Shown piece by piece: positions 29,072 to 41,185 of a DNA stretch of 64,000 nucleotides. The notes below the pieces were generated by a model. The model worked only from the letters and a program-made list of their open reading frames with translations. It ran no database searches and was not told the DNA's origin. Numbering within the stretch: position 1 is the stretch's first letter; each line of letters starts with the position of its first letter. A program made the position numbers and the translations under genes. The DNA comes from a virus: the IMG/VR virus record IMGVR_UViG_3300031857_022279; one strand, 5' to 3'.

Positions 29072-29881
29072 ATGAAACATTTACAAACATTTAATTCTTA
29101 TGAACCAATTAATGAGGGTTGGAAAGAAAACTTACTTGCTGGATTACTAGCCTTGGTTGGGACTTATGCGCAAGGACAAAAAGAACCTGAGAGAATTGTA
29201 AGAAAGGTTAAAACTGAAAAGCAAGTTCAAAGTCTAATCGAGATGGGATATACTCTTGACTCAACTCAGGTTGATACAGTTTGGAAAGAATTAATTACAA
29301 GTGCTCCTGAAAGTGAAGTTGTATCAATTAGATATACACTTGATAAAGGTCAATATTTTGAATCCGGTAAATTTGAATTAACTGAAGATATGAAATCAGG
29401 AATAGACAGTGTACTTTCCGAAATATTAGAAGATGGTGGAATACTTACAAATATAGATATAGAATCATCTACAGATAAACAACCACTTAGTTCATCACTT
29501 AAAGCAAAGTTAAAGTCTTTAGGATATAGTGAAGATAATTCTGGATTATCTGAAGCTAGATGTGGATCAATTAAAAACTACTTAGTTCAGAAAAGAGTTG
29601 ATACAACTTTGATTTCTACAGAAACAAAATCTGAATTAGGAGAGACAGAAGTTGATCCTAGTTCGAGGTATGTAAATGTTGATTTTTATTATGTTATACC
29701 AGTTGCTGTATTGCCATTTGAAGCTGAGAAAGAAGTACAAAGAGTTAAAACAACTTATTACTTATCAAAGCAAAAAGAACCAGTTAAGATTGTTAAAATA
29801 AAACACAAAGGTATTAAAGTGAAGAAGATGGGTACTGTCAGAAAAACTGGTAGCACACCACCTTTGAAGTGTTGGAACTAA
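29072..29881 (+). CDS. OmpA-like peptidoglycan-binding domain protein with a capsid-targeting-like N-terminus
   Basis: Preferred start 29072 MKHLQTFNSYEPINE followed by a hydrophobic helix; YFESGKFEL, IESSTD, N.GLSEARCGSIKNYL and RYVNV fit the OmpA-C pattern. Confidence 0.65.
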   Translation: MKHLQTFNSYEPINEGWKENLLAGLLALVGTYAQGQKEPERIVRKVKTEKQVQSLIEMGYTLDSTQVDTVWKELITSAPESEVVSIRYTLDKGQYFESGKFELTEDMKSGIDSVLSEILEDGGILTNIDIESSTDKQPLSSSLKAKLKSLGYSEDNSGLSEARCGSIKNYLVQKRVDTTLISTETKSELGETEVDPSSRYVNVDFYYVIPVAVLPFEAEKEVQRVKTTYYLSKQKEPVKIVKIKHKGIKVKKMGTVRKTGSTPPLKCWN

Positions 29882-30387
29882 GGATTGTAAATAACAAGAG
29901 TTGCCCAGATTAAATAGTTTGTGAAACCTTCTATTCCGGTAGGTTGTTTTTGAATTACTGTAGAGACACCACCGAGTCTACATTCATTTAACATTGTTTT
30001 ATTATGGCCTGGTGAGTTTTTCCAAGACTCAAAAACACCAGTAGAAATTTCCGAATTAATATTCTCTTTTGATTCAGAGTCTTCGAAGTTCATACTTAAA
30101 AGAAGAACATTCTCAGAGATTCTTGAACAGTTTGATCCATATTTCCAGAGTCTATCTTGTGGATTTACTAAAATAGATTCATGGTGTGATATTGTCATAT
30201 CGCAACTATCTTTTAAGTAATTCGAGTGATGATTTGAGGCTTTGAAGGCGATATCATTCCAAATAAATTCATTTTTTGAAAATGATTTTCTATACTTGTT
30301 GATTTTTTCGAAACACAATTTATCTAAATTGGTCTGTGACAAAGAGACTTGTGTAAATAGGAGGAATAGAATAGTTAGAAATTTCAT
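29878..30387 (-). CDS. CAP/SCP domain secreted protein
   Basis: Signal MKFLTILFLLFTQVSLS|Q; INKYR, A..HS.Y, HHE, SENV and W.NSPGH..TML motifs. Confidence 0.85.
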   Translation of the reverse strand: MKFLTILFLLFTQVSLSQTNLDKLCFEKINKYRKSFSKNEFIWNDIAFKASNHHSNYLKDSCDMTISHHESILVNPQDRLWKYGSNCSRISENVLLLSMNFEDSESKENINSEISTGVFESWKNSPGHNKTMLNECRLGGVSTVIQKQPTGIEGFTNYLIWATLVIYNP

Positions 30388-30391
30388 GAAT

Positions 30392-30422
30392 CAAATATAG
30401 TAAAATATTAATATTTTCCAAA
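30392..30422 (-). promoter_or_regulatory. Bacteroidota-type promoter for the CAP gene
   Basis: Minus strand: TTTG (30422-30419), 19-nt spacer, TATATTTG (30399-30392). Confidence 0.8.
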
Positions 30423-30492
30423 ATTTTTAGAATATATTTTCTTGAGATCTAAATCACTTGGTTTAATATATAAAATAAACTTGAGACTTTAA

Positions 30493-33400
30493 GTGGCTTT
30501 AATTCTTTTCGAAGAACCGGTTCCAGTAGAGAATGGTGATGTAAACTTTAGAGTAGACTCCAATAATTGGGCAGTTCCTGGTCAATCAGTACTTGTAAGC
30601 TATCCAGATGGTAGCTACTTGGGATATTTCATCGTGACTGATGTTTATATACTTGTAGAGCCTGATGGAACTGAGTATTTATATATTACTTGTCGGAATG
30701 TCACACTTTATTTTCCAGCAAATCCTGCTCCTTTATCTCAGATACCTCAGTTTTCAATAATTGGCCCAGGCATGCCTCCAAGTGGACCTCAAGGTGAATC
30801 AGGACCTCAAGGTTTACAAGGTCCAACAGGTCCACAAGGTCTACAAGGTCCGACCGGTCCACAAGGTCTTCAAGGTCCGACTGGTCCACAAGGTTTACAA
30901 GGTCCAACAGGTCCACAAGGTTTGCAAGGTCCGACCGGTCCACAGGGTCTACAAGGCCCAACAGGTCCACAAGGTTTTCAAGGACCAACTGGTCCACAAG
31001 GTCCTCAGGGTCCTACCGGACCACAAGGTCCTCAAGGTTTACAAGGTCCAACAGGCCCTCAGGGTTTTCAGGGACCAAGTGGTCCACAAGGTCTTCAAGG
31101 ACCAACCGGTCCAACTGGAGTTCAAGGTTTTCAAGGACCCTGTTGTGCTGGTCCAACCGGTGCGACTGGTCTTACTTTGACATCCGATTCTTGTTACATT
31201 TTTGACTATGATGATTCGACTACTCAGTCTTATCCAGGTAACGGTAGATTTAGACTTAATAACTCAGATATGGGTTCTGCAAATCAGATGTTTGTTTCTT
31301 ACCAAGACACAACATCGAATGATTTGTCTAATTATTTTGAGGCATTAAATAATTATGGCACAACTCTTAGAAGAGGATTTTTGAAAATTCAACTTTCAAC
31401 AGATCAGTCTTGGTTTCATGTATTTGAAATAACTGGTACGATTACATCTAGTGGTTCTGGTGTGACTAAATACTATTTAATACCAATTTCAAATATAGTT
31501 TCAGATAATGATTTTACTAATAATTCCAACAGCTATTTGTGTTTTACTCCTGCTGGTAATTCAACTACTGGTCCCCAAGGAGCTACTGGTCCTTCATTAG
31601 GACCTGCGGGTGCTCAAGGTCCAACTGGTCCACTAGCTAATACAGTAACTGGTCCTCAAGGACCAACAGGCCTGTCAGGAGATGCTGGACCACAAGGTCC
31701 AACTGGACCTGCTGGATCCGGTGATGGAAATACTGGACCACAAGGACCAACAGGCCTGTCAGGAGATGCTGGACCACAAGGTCCAACTGGACCTGCTGGA
31801 TCCGGTGATGGGAATACTGGACCTCAGGGTCCAACCGGTCTATCAGGAGATGTTGGTGCACAAGGTCCAACTGGACCTGCTGGATTAGGTGATGGTAATA
31901 CTGGGTCTCAAGGACCAACTGGACCGTTAGGTATGACTGGTTCACAAGGTTCAACTGGTAGCTCTATAACTGGTCCACAAGGATCAACAGGTATAATAGG
32001 TCCCCAAGGTCATACAGGACCTCCCGGTAATCCAGGTGGTGATCAGGGACCAACGGGTTTTCAAGGTAATACAGGAGTTCAAGGTATAACTGGACCATCA
32101 GCTACAGGACCGCAGGGTAATACAGGTATTATTGGTCCTCAAGGTCACACTGGTCCTCCCGGTAATCCTGGTGGAGATCAAGGTCCAACTGGTTTTCAAG
32201 GAAACACTGGTGTTCAGGGTCTTACTGGACCTCAAGGTTTTACAGGAATCGGTACGACAGGATCTCAAGGATCTACTGGTTCTCAAGGCGCAACTGGTAG
32301 TCAAGGTTTAACAGGAACTCAAGGAGTGACTGGTACTCAAGGTTCTACCGGTATTCAAGGATTGACTGGACCACAAGGTTCTACCGGTTCTCAAGGTCAG
32401 ACAGGAGCTTCTATAACTGGCCCGCAAGGAAACACAGGTGTAGGTATACAAGGCCCAACTGGACCTCCCGGTAATCCTGGTGGAGATCAAGGTCCAACAG
32501 GTTTTCAAGGTAATACAGGAGTTCAAGGTATAACGGGACCATCAATAACTGGTAATCAAGGACCTACTGGAATACCTGGTCCTCAAGGTGATACCGGTCC
32601 TGCCGGTCCTGCAGGTGGTCCTTCTGGTCCACAAGGAAACACCGGAATACAAGGTTTGACGGGATTACAAGGTCCAACTGGTTTTCAAGGATTTACTGGT
32701 TTACAGGGTCTTACTGGTCCACAAGGTTTGACTGGACTACAGGGATTAACTGGTCCACAGGGTGTAACTGGAACTCAAGGGTTTACAGGCACACAAGGAA
32801 TTACTGGATCACAGGGTCCAACTGGTATTCAGGGTATGACTGGCACAAAGGGAGAAACTGGACCTTCAATAACAGGACCACAAGGTCCAACTGGTGTAGA
32901 TGGTCTACAAGGTCCAACAGGACCACCAAATGGTTTTCAAGGACCAACCGGACTTCAAGGTATGACCGGTCCAAAAGGTGACCCGGGTGGCTTTCAAGGA
33001 CCAACAGGTCCAGAGGGTTCTACTGGTGTTCAAGGAACTACAGGTATATCTATAACTGGACCTCAGGGATTTACCGGTAATCAAGGAACAACGGGCTCTC
33101 AAGGATTAACTGGTACTCAAGGTATAACAGGTTCTCAAGGTTTCACTGGTTCGCAGGGGGTGACAGGGTCTCAAGGATTTACTGGATTTCAAGGAAATAC
33201 AGGATCTCAGGGAAATACAGGGTCTCAAGGTGTTACTGGATTTCAAGGTAATACTGGTATTCAAGGACCCACAGGTAATTCTATTACAGGACCACAGGGT
33301 GTCACTGGTATAGATGGTAATCAAGGTCCAACAGGACCTGCTGGTACACCTGGTGGACCTCAAGGATTCACTGGATTTCAAGGACCAACTGGGCCAAAAG

Positions 33401-36400
33401 GTGATCCGGGAGGTCTTCAGGGACCAACTGGAACAACAGGAGTTGATGGTCCAACTGGTACTCAAGGACCAACTGGTAATCAGGGTAATACAGGTCCACA
33501 AGGCACAACTGGGAGTCAGGGTATTACTGGGCATCAAGGAACTACAGGAAATCAAGGTTCAACTGGTGTTCAAGGTTCTACAGGAATACAAGGACTCACT
33601 GGACCGAAAGGTGAAACTGGAACTTCTGTAACAGGTGCTCAAGGTCCAACTGGTGTTGGTCTTCAGGGTCCAACTGGACCACCGAATGGTTTTCAAGGAC
33701 CAACTGGCTTCCAAGGTGCAACTGGTCCTAAGGGTGATCCTGGTGGATTTCAAGGTCCGACTGGACCAACCGGTCCTTCCGCAAATTACTATGTTCAAGA
33801 ACCACCAGCACCACCGTCACCGGTACAAGGTGATAGATGGTATGACTTATCAACGGGTCAAGAATTTGTTTATATAAACGATAATACCAGCTCTCAGTGG
33901 GTTACTCCAATTAATTTTTACAATGGTTCATCTACCGGTGGTAATACAGGTCCGCAAGGAACCACTGGTCCTCAAGGAATCACTGGAAGTCAAGGTCCAA
34001 CTGGTCCTAGCAGTATCACAATAACTGACCCTGCTGGTAGAATATTCTTTAGTAGTGGTAGTTCACTTACAAGCTCAAGTTGTTTAAGTATAAACGTATC
34101 AGATCTAAATTTAATTATTGGTTCAACTGGTAGTTCTATTCTGGGCTACCTTGGTAACCCAGCCTCTGTCTATTGTAGTCGTAGAAATTCTATAATAAGC
34201 AGTTTTGATTCTGAGATTTCTGCTATTAGCCGTGGTAACACTATAATTTCTGGTGAGTGTAATAGACAATGTGTTTCATGTAATTCAACAATAATTTCAA
34301 GTAAATGTAGTTGCATGGACCCCGCTGGTGGTATTTTTGGCAATGTACATTTTCACAGTTCGATAATAGCAGGATTCAATAGTTGTATAATAAGTTCTGG
34401 AGCAGTTACTGTCAAATATTCGTCAATAGTGGGTGATTGTCAGTCTAGAATCCAATCTGGATGCACATCTTTGATAGGTGGGGGTTTTAAAAATGTAATT
34501 TGTACTAGTTTACAATCATCAATTCTTGGTGGATCGTGTAATGTTATTACAAATTCAACTTGTAATAGTTCTATTATAGGCAGTTACAGATCATGTATCA
34601 GTTGCTCAAAACAAACTGCAATAATTGCAGGTGGAACTGGTAGTTTTATCAATTGTGCAAGTTGTAATTCATCACTTATTGGCGGATATAGAAATACATT
34701 AACGGCATCTTGTTTTAGTTCAATTATTAGTGGTCAAAGAAACTGTATTAGTAACGGTGCAAACTCTATAATAATTGGTGGTTCTGGAAGTTTTATAAGC
34801 TCTACTGCTTCTAATAGTGTTATAGTAGGTGGTAATTCACTCACTTTAACAGCCTCTAATACCGTACTTGTGCCAAATTTAAGAGTTGCTGGTAATTTAA
34901 TTCCTAACGCTGATCAGACTTATGACCTTGGTGCAACTCCATCTGGAAGATGGAGAGATCTATGGCTTAGTGGTAACACAATATATCTTGGTGATTTAAC
35001 TATCTCGGCATCTGGTTCATCAGTTGCAGTTCCAAATCTATTAGTTACCGGTGGCTCGACGTTTAGAGGTAGTCTATCTACAGGAACAGCTTCAGTATTG
35101 GGTAATATATCTGCAACTGGTTCATTATCAGTAACGAATACAATCACAGCTGGTACTATTTCCGCAACTAACCAGGTAGATTCCAGTTCGTTCAATGCTG
35201 CTACTTATAAAATAGCTACTTTTAAAGCACTTGATGGACCAGCTTTTTCAGCTTATGGAAGTGTAGCTACGACGCTAAATAACGGTGTAGTAACTAAAAT
35301 AACTTTGGATACTGAGGAATTTGATACTGACAATGTATTCAACACTTCAACATATCGATTCACACCAAATTTAGCTGGATATTATCTGTTCCATGGTCAC
35401 ATAAGTGTTGTCACATACGCATCAAACACTAGCTCACAAATTATGTCATTATATAAAAATGGATATGAATATAAAAGAGGAGTTAGAGTTCCTTGCAATA
35501 CTGCTGGTGTTGGGACCATGATTAGTGCAATGATTTTCATGGATGGAATCACTGACTATATCGAAATGTATGGTCTACAGAGTTCTGGTGGTAATGTTAC
35601 AACTGAGACTGGTCAACAATTTGGTTCATATTTACAAGGTAATTTTGTGAAACCACCAATTTACTTATACGTTTCGGTTCAATATCTAGTCATCGGAGGG
35701 GGTGGCGGAGGCGGATGTAACTGGGGTGGAGGTGGAGGTGGAGGTGCCTTTGTTGAAGGAACTTCTGGATTTGCTAGAGGATTTGTTTATGATATTATTG
35801 TTGGAACTGGTGGGGATGGTGCAACCACTGCGGGCTCCGGTGGTAATGGTGGTTCATCAACCATAACAGGTGTTAAATATACTCCTAGTACTTTTACTAT
35901 TGATGCTTCTGGCGGTGGCGGTGGTGGATATAACATAAGTGGATCAAGTGCAGCTGCAGGAAATTCAAATGGCAACGGGTCTGGTGGTGGTGCTGGGTAT
36001 CCAGGTTCTGGTGGAACAGTTGCTGGTGGGTCTGGTGTCAATAACGTAACTATAGAATTTCAAACTGTTAATTCATTCAACAGTGGGGGACAATCACAAG
36101 GTTTAAATTCTAGAGCATCTGGTGGTGGAGGTGGTGCTGGTGCTGTTGGACAAGAAGGTCAAACATCAACCACTGGTGGTAATGGTGGTGCTGGTAAAAC
36201 AAGTTCAATAACTGGTGCTTCTGTATACTATTCAGCTGGAGGTGGAGGCGGTGGTAATGCCGGAACAGTACAATCTTCAGGTGGGACTGGTAATACAGGT
36301 GGCAAAGGTGGAAATACAAATGGAGGCGCTGGTACAAGTGGCGCGGGTGGATATGGTATGGGCGGTGGTGGAGGTGCTACTAATGGTGGCCAAGGTGGTA

Positions 36401-36534
36401 ATGGTAGTAAAGGTGTTGTTATTTTACGTGTTTTAACTTCTCAAAATAGTTCGGGAACTGGCACCTATACAACAACAACTGATGGTCTATACACAATTTT
36501 CACATTTACTGGCGATGGCCAGTTTATACCCTGA
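30493..36534 (+). CDS. Collagen-like tail fibre/adhesin (2013 aa): Gly-X-Y repeats, Cys-rich IIGG beta-repeats, C1q-like domain, C-terminal Gly-rich domain
   Basis: GTG start after TAATATATA (30464-30472); long GPQGPT/GxQGxT tracts; C1q-like AFSAY...[24 protein letters not shown]; [11 protein letters not shown]...GSKGVVILR terminus. Confidence 0.88.
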   Translation: MALILFEEPVPVENGDVNFRVDSNNWAVPGQSVLVSYPDGSYLGYFIVTDVYILVEPDGTEYLYITCRNVTLYFPANPAPLSQIPQFSIIGPGMPPSGPQGESGPQGLQGPTGPQGLQGPTGPQGLQGPTGPQGLQGPTGPQGLQGPTGPQGLQGPTGPQGFQGPTGPQGPQGPTGPQGPQGLQGPTGPQGFQGPSGPQGLQGPTGPTGVQGFQGPCCAGPTGATGLTLTSDSCYIFDYDDSTTQSYPGNGRFRLNNSDMGSANQMFVSYQDTTSNDLSNYFEALNNYGTTLRRGFLKIQLSTDQSWFHVFEITGTITSSGSGVTKYYLIPISNIVSDNDFTNNSNSYLCFTPAGNSTTGPQGATGPSLGPAGAQGPTGPLANTVTGPQGPTGLSGDAGPQGPTGPAGSGDGNTGPQGPTGLSGDAGPQGPTGPAGSGDGNTGPQGPTGLSGDVGAQGPTGPAGLGDGNTGSQGPTGPLGMTGSQGSTGSSITGPQGSTGIIGPQGHTGPPGNPGGDQGPTGFQGNTGVQGITGPSATGPQGNTGIIGPQGHTGPPGNPGGDQGPTGFQGNTGVQGLTGPQGFTGIGTTGSQGSTGSQGATGSQGLTGTQGVTGTQGSTGIQGLTGPQGSTGSQGQTGASITGPQGNTGVGIQGPTGPPGNPGGDQGPTGFQGNTGVQGITGPSITGNQGPTGIPGPQGDTGPAGPAGGPSGPQGNTGIQGLTGLQGPTGFQGFTGLQGLTGPQGLTGLQGLTGPQGVTGTQGFTGTQGITGSQGPTGIQGMTGTKGETGPSITGPQGPTGVDGLQGPTGPPNGFQGPTGLQGMTGPKGDPGGFQGPTGPEGSTGVQGTTGISITGPQGFTGNQGTTGSQGLTGTQGITGSQGFTGSQGVTGSQGFTGFQGNTGSQGNTGSQGVTGFQGNTGIQGPTGNSITGPQGVTGIDGNQGPTGPAGTPGGPQGFTGFQGPTGPKGDPGGLQGPTGTTGVDGPTGTQGPTGNQGNTGPQGTTGSQGITGHQGTTGNQGSTGVQGSTGIQGLTGPKGETGTSVTGAQGPTGVGLQGPTGPPNGFQGPTGFQGATGPKGDPGGFQGPTGPTGPSANYYVQEPPAPPSPVQGDRWYDLSTGQEFVYINDNTSSQWVTPINFYNGSSTGGNTGPQGTTGPQGITGSQGPTGPSSITITDPAGRIFFSSGSSLTSSSCLSINVSDLNLIIGSTGSSILGYLGNPASVYCSRRNSIISSFDSEISAISRGNTIISGECNRQCVSCNSTIISSKCSCMDPAGGIFGNVHFHSSIIAGFNSCIISSGAVTVKYSSIVGDCQSRIQSGCTSLIGGGFKNVICTSLQSSILGGSCNVITNSTCNSSIIGSYRSCISCSKQTAIIAGGTGSFINCASCNSSLIGGYRNTLTASCFSSIISGQRNCISNGANSIIIGGSGSFISSTASNSVIVGGNSLTLTASNTVLVPNLRVAGNLIPNADQTYDLGATPSGRWRDLWLSGNTIYLGDLTISASGSSVAVPNLLVTGGSTFRGSLSTGTASVLGNISATGSLSVTNTITAGTISATNQVDSSSFNAATYKIATFKALDGPAFSAYGSVATTLNNGVVTKITLDTEEFDTDNVFNTSTYRFTPNLAGYYLFHGHISVVTYASNTSSQIMSLYKNGYEYKRGVRVPCNTAGVGTMISAMIFMDGITDYIEMYGLQSSGGNVTTETGQQFGSYLQGNFVKPPIYLYVSVQYLVIGGGGGGGCNWGGGGGGGAFVEGTSGFARGFVYDIIVGTGGDGATTAGSGGNGGSSTITGVKYTPSTFTIDASGGGGGGYNISGSSAAAGNSNGNGSGGGAGYPGSGGTVAGGSGVNNVTIEFQTVNSFNSGGQSQGLNSRASGGGGGAGAVGQEGQTSTTGGNGGAGKTSSITGASVYYSAGGGGGGNAGTVQSSGGTGNTGGKGGNTNGGAGTSGAGGYGMGGGGGATNGGQGGNGSKGVVILRVLTSQNSSGTGTYTTTTDGLYTIFTFTGDGQFIP
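31657..31908 (+). repeat. 84-nt tandem repeat, three copies, in frame (28 codons)
   Basis: Copies start at 31657, 31741 and 31825; the first two are nearly identical and the third has diverged. Confidence 0.9.
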
Positions 36535-36561
36535 TAAAATAGATAAATAAATAAATAGAAT

Positions 36562-39500
36562 ATGCCAGTAAATTTTCCATCATTTCCCTCAACAAACGAG
36601 ACCTACACTTTTAGTTCAACAGTGTGGACATATAATGGATATGCATGGGTTGTATCTTCATCGGCTCAATCAACTGGTGCTACAGGTCCTCAAGGTCCTA
36701 CTGGACAGGCAGGATCAGGTTCCGGGGTAACAGGTCCTCAAGGTCCGACTGGTATAGATGGTGTTCAGGGTCCGACTGGACCAGCAGGTGGTGGATCTGG
36801 CACAACCGGTCCTCAAGGCCCAACTGGCCTACAGGGTATAACAGGTCCTCAAGGTTCAACAGGACCGGGTATTTCGGTTGATAGACCATTCACTGAAGTA
36901 TTCTTTAGTGATGGTAATTTAGGCATAACGAGTTCAGAAAACTTCACATTCAATCCAACTTACTCGAACTTAGTTTCCGGACTTTCTAATAGTATAATCG
37001 CTGGAGTCTATGGACCTACTGATAGTATTTCATCAGCTATAATTGGTGGTAAAGAAAATACTATATCTAATAGATCAAGTTATTCTACAATTTTAGGCGG
37101 ATCTTGTAATTTAATTACTGGTACATCCGCTTCATCAGCCGCTTCATCAGCTATAATTGGTGGTAAAGAAAATACTATATCTGATAGATCAAGTTATTCT
37201 ACAATTTTAGCTGGATCTTGCAATTTAATTACTGGTACATCCGCGTACGGATTTGTAAGTGGTGTTTGTAATAAAATTATAAACAGTTCAAAATCTCATA
37301 TAATAGGAGGTGAGAAGAATTCTATTTGTAATTACGACGGTCTCTACCAAAATGCTAATCTATTGAATCTTGATAGCTCTTTAATAATTGGAGGATGTCA
37401 GAATACAATTATGAACAACAGTTATGTTTCAAATTTCTCATCAATTATAGGTGGATTTACAAACTCGATATGTGATTCTCAACGTTCCTCTATCTTATTT
37501 TCATCTTGTTCAGTAAATCGTATATCCTGTTGTGGTATTATATTAAATTCATATAAATCTATACAATGTTGGGACTGTAACAGTTTAATATTAGGTGGTT
37601 CATATAATTGGATTATTGGAAATTATCTGGGACAACCAGAATACAACGTAATAGTTGGTGGTAAACATAATTGCATGTTCCAATTTAACTCATATACTGG
37701 TTACACCGGAGTCTCTTCCTATAGTGCTATACTATCATCTACTGGTTCAAGTATCAATTGGTCTATTTCAGGAGTGATTGTAGGTGGATCCGGAAATATT
37801 CTTGCAGGTCGACCGTATGACATCAAAAATCTAACTTCTACAATAATAGGAGGTAGATGTAACATTATTTTGATAGATGCTTTTGCTGCTGGTACATCGT
37901 CAGACAATTCAATTATGGGTGGATTCTGTAACAGAATTGTAAATTCTGATAGAAGTGCAATAATTGGTGGCAGTCAGCTCACCCTCACTCAATCGGATAC
38001 AGTACTTGTACCTCAATTAAAATTAAACGAGCCTACAAATTCTGTAATATTATCTGCAACAAATGGGACTTTAAATATTGGAATAGGAACTTACTCTTAC
38101 AGATTACCAAAGACTGATGGGTTACCAGGTCAGTTATTATCAACTGATGGATTGGCATCTTCTGGTGGTACCCTTTCTTGGGTTACTGCTTCTGGTGTTG
38201 GTAGTCAGGGAGTGACTGGACCACAGGGTTTGACAGGTGTTCAAGGTCTAACAGGTCCTCAAGGTTTTACAGGAGATCAAGGTACAACTGGTTCTCAAGG
38301 ATTTACAGGTAATCAAGGTCTGACTGGATCACAAGGAACCACTGGTAATCAAGGATTTACAGGTAATCAGGGTGTGACCGGACTACAAGGTTCGACTGGT
38401 GTTCAAGGATTTACCGGACCACAAGGATTTACAGGTAATCAGGGTGTGACCGGACTACAAGGTTCGACTGGTGTTCAAGGATTTACCGGACCACAAGGGT
38501 TTACAGGTGATCAAGGATCAACAGGACCACAAGGTTTTACTGGTTTACAAGGATTTACTGGTCCACAAGGTCAACCCGGTCAAGCAGCTTCATACTATAA
38601 TTACAAAGCTAAAACGGCAAGTCAGAGTGGTGATCCAGGATCAACATATATCCTCTGGAATAATGCTACACAAATAAGTTCAACACAAATAAACATAAGT
38701 CACATCAATAGAGATTCAGTGGATATAGATTTCTTACTTGCTACAATTATCCCAGGCAACACAATAATAATACAAGCTGATGATAATTCAAATAACTATC
38801 AAAAATGGGTAGTTAGTGCCACGATTTCAATAATCCCGAACTCTTATGTGCAAATACCAGTTACATTCGTAGAATATGGTGGTACTGGTAATTCATTTAA
38901 TAATGATGATAATATTATAGTTATAGTTCAAACAGCTGGTTCTACTGGTCCACAAGGAAGTGTTGGTGTAACTGGACCACAAGGTCAAACTGGTATACAA
39001 GGATTTACTGGACCACAAGGTGCTACTGGTTCAGGAATTTCAATCACTAGTCCAACTGGTGAAATATTCTTCAGCAGTGGTAGTTCACTAACTAGTTCTA
39101 GTTGTTTTAATATAGATTCATCAAGACTGAATTTGATTATAGGTTCTACCGGTTCTAGTTTTGACAACACACCAAAAAATAATCGTAGAAACTCAATAAT
39201 TAGTAGTGGGAATTCAAAAATATGCTATGGTAGTTGTGAGAGCGGAATCGCTTTTGGTCAGAATAATTTAATATACTCATCTATAAATTCATCAATAATA
39301 TCAAGTCAAAATAGTTGTATTTGTAATCCCTTGTCTAAATTTGTTTATAATAGTTCAATAATTGGAGGAGTAGATCATAAAATTATAGGAGCATCTTTTT
39401 TATCTTCTTATTCTTTGATTTTGGGTGGTACATCCTCAACAATTTGTTCTGCATATAGAACAGTAATAATTGGTGGTGGTGGCAACATAGCTTATGGTAC

Positions 39501-40929
39501 AAATAGATCAGTAATTTCCGGGGGTATTCAAAACACGCAATGTAATGCTTATAACTCGAACATTCTTGGTGGTGGTAGTAATTATATTGGTGTAAAATCC
39601 GGTTCCGTTGTATCAAGTTTGATAGCTGGTGGTTATAAAAATAGAATTTGTGGTGATGATTCCGATAGTGATATAATAATTGGTGGTAGAAGTAACTGTA
39701 TTTGTAAATCTACTAATTCTGTAATAATCGGAGCAAGTGGTAGTGCTATTTGCCAGGGAGCTGTAAATTCAGTGATAATTGGTGGTAATGGTCTTACACT
39801 TACAGCTTCAAATACTGTTTTAGTACCTAACTTACAAATAGATGGTGTTTTAAATGGTAAGTTTATTAACCAGCAAACAAACACTGGTCCATATTATTTA
39901 GCCGAATTTAGAGGTAATGGTGGTGCGAGATTTAAAATAGGCGTGAGTGATGACTTAAATTTTGGAATAGCGAATGATGTTCTAAATAGCACCGATAATG
40001 GTTATGCTGATTACAACCTAAATGCTAAAGAAATTACCTTTGGAATAAACGACGATCCAGTAGTTGGACCGGGTCTACCAAACGCATTTGTGATTCACAA
40101 TCAAGGAGCATGGGTTGAAATTACATACGGATTAACTGTTAGTCAAGTTTTTAGTGTTAATGGTACAATCGGAAGTAATTTAATTCCTGATATAGATGCC
40201 TACTATGATTTAGGAGCAAGTCCTTCATCTAGATGGAAAGACTTATGGTTAAGTGGAAATACTATCTATTTGGGAGATGCTAAATTAAGCTCAACTGGTT
40301 CATCAGTTCAAATAGAAACTCTTTATATAGGCACAACTAATCCAGTTCAGATCTCTGCAACTGGTAACTCACTGGTTTTTGGATCAACACAGTCTTATGC
40401 ACTTCCAAACTACGATGGTGGTCCTGGTCAAGTTCTTTACACAGACGGACTAGGCCAACTTGGTTGGACTAATTCTGGAGGCGGTGCAGGTACACAAGGC
40501 CCAACTGGACCAGCTGGTAATGCCGGTTCACAGGGTCCAACCGGTCCGCAGGGTCCTACTGGACCAGCGCCAACAACTACCAATTCTTTTGGTATTACAA
40601 TCGATGGCCAAGGTGGTACAATAACAACTGGAGTTAAGGGTTATGTAAGTATACCTTATGATTGTACTATCACAGGATGGACTATAATAGCAAACGCAAC
40701 AGGATCAGTTGTAATAGACGTATGGAAGGCGGCAAGTTCAATACCGACTGTTTCGAATAGTATCGCTGGATCTGAGAAACCGACACTATCATCAGCTCAA
40801 TATAATCAAGATCTTACACTCTCAACTTGGACTGTTTCTGTGGATGCTAATGATGTAATTGCGTTCAACGTCGATTCAGCAACTACAGTTTCAAGTGTGT
40901 CATTAACTATTGCAGTCAGTAAGACATAA
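36562..40929 (+). CDS. Second collagen-like tail fibre/adhesin (1455 aa)
   Basis: N-terminal FPS.P....YTF....WTYNG..W; Gly-X-Y tracts; IIGG/Cys repeats; shares [14 protein letters not shown] and [22 protein letters not shown] modules with the first fibre. Confidence 0.88.
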   Translation: MPVNFPSFPSTNETYTFSSTVWTYNGYAWVVSSSAQSTGATGPQGPTGQAGSGSGVTGPQGPTGIDGVQGPTGPAGGGSGTTGPQGPTGLQGITGPQGSTGPGISVDRPFTEVFFSDGNLGITSSENFTFNPTYSNLVSGLSNSIIAGVYGPTDSISSAIIGGKENTISNRSSYSTILGGSCNLITGTSASSAASSAIIGGKENTISDRSSYSTILAGSCNLITGTSAYGFVSGVCNKIINSSKSHIIGGEKNSICNYDGLYQNANLLNLDSSLIIGGCQNTIMNNSYVSNFSSIIGGFTNSICDSQRSSILFSSCSVNRISCCGIILNSYKSIQCWDCNSLILGGSYNWIIGNYLGQPEYNVIVGGKHNCMFQFNSYTGYTGVSSYSAILSSTGSSINWSISGVIVGGSGNILAGRPYDIKNLTSTIIGGRCNIILIDAFAAGTSSDNSIMGGFCNRIVNSDRSAIIGGSQLTLTQSDTVLVPQLKLNEPTNSVILSATNGTLNIGIGTYSYRLPKTDGLPGQLLSTDGLASSGGTLSWVTASGVGSQGVTGPQGLTGVQGLTGPQGFTGDQGTTGSQGFTGNQGLTGSQGTTGNQGFTGNQGVTGLQGSTGVQGFTGPQGFTGNQGVTGLQGSTGVQGFTGPQGFTGDQGSTGPQGFTGLQGFTGPQGQPGQAASYYNYKAKTASQSGDPGSTYILWNNATQISSTQINISHINRDSVDIDFLLATIIPGNTIIIQADDNSNNYQKWVVSATISIIPNSYVQIPVTFVEYGGTGNSFNNDDNIIVIVQTAGSTGPQGSVGVTGPQGQTGIQGFTGPQGATGSGISITSPTGEIFFSSGSSLTSSSCFNIDSSRLNLIIGSTGSSFDNTPKNNRRNSIISSGNSKICYGSCESGIAFGQNNLIYSSINSSIISSQNSCICNPLSKFVYNSSIIGGVDHKIIGASFLSSYSLILGGTSSTICSAYRTVIIGGGGNIAYGTNRSVISGGIQNTQCNAYNSNILGGGSNYIGVKSGSVVSSLIAGGYKNRICGDDSDSDIIIGGRSNCICKSTNSVIIGASGSAICQGAVNSVIIGGNGLTLTASNTVLVPNLQIDGVLNGKFINQQTNTGPYYLAEFRGNGGARFKIGVSDDLNFGIANDVLNSTDNGYADYNLNAKEITFGINDDPVVGPGLPNAFVIHNQGAWVEITYGLTVSQVFSVNGTIGSNLIPDIDAYYDLGASPSSRWKDLWLSGNTIYLGDAKLSSTGSSVQIETLYIGTTNPVQISATGNSLVFGSTQSYALPNYDGGPGQVLYTDGLGQLGWTNSGGGAGTQGPTGPAGNAGSQGPTGPQGPTGPAPTTTNSFGITIDGQGGTITTGVKGYVSIPYDCTITGWTIIANATGSVVIDVWKAASSIPTVSNSIAGSEKPTLSSAQYNQDLTLSTWTVSVDANDVIAFNVDSATTVSSVSLTIAVSKT
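37029..37244 (+). repeat. Near-exact direct repeat of about 100 nt at 114-nt spacing
   Basis: TTCATCAGCTATAATTGGTGGTAAAGAAAATACTATATCT... at 37029 and 37143, with only a few substitutions. Confidence 0.9.
38350..38493 (+). repeat. Exact 72-nt tandem duplication within a collagen tract
   Basis: Identical copies at 38350-38421 and 38422-38493. Confidence 0.92.
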
Positions 40930-40945
40930 AAAATAAATATTAATT

Positions 40946-41185
40946 ATGACTTATAGTATTTTAGAAAGAAGAGAAGAAACTTATCAATCTGAGGCTCAGA
41001 TTAGCGAGACTGAGACTATTATTATGGATCAAACAACTGTTTTCACAACCGTTCAGTATGACTTTGATGGTACAATAGTGACAGTCGAAATTCCACACTT
41101 TATGCCAGCAGATGAGGCATATATAACTTTAGGTATAGAAAATAGAGCAATAACAGAACAAAGAAAACTCGGGCTTATTCCATAA
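40946..41185 (+). CDS. Small fibre-associated protein
   Basis: 79 aa ORF between the fibre genes and the beta-helix genes; its stop overlaps the next ATG. Confidence 0.7.
   Translation: MTYSILERREETYQSEAQISETETIIMDQTTVFTTVQYDFDGTIVTVEIPHFMPADEAYITLGIENRAITEQRKLGLIP

Noticed and set aside
30760-39050. CRISPR array or other non-coding repeat array
   Set aside because: The periodicity is Gly-X-Y coding sequence with synonymous variation and no unique spacers.
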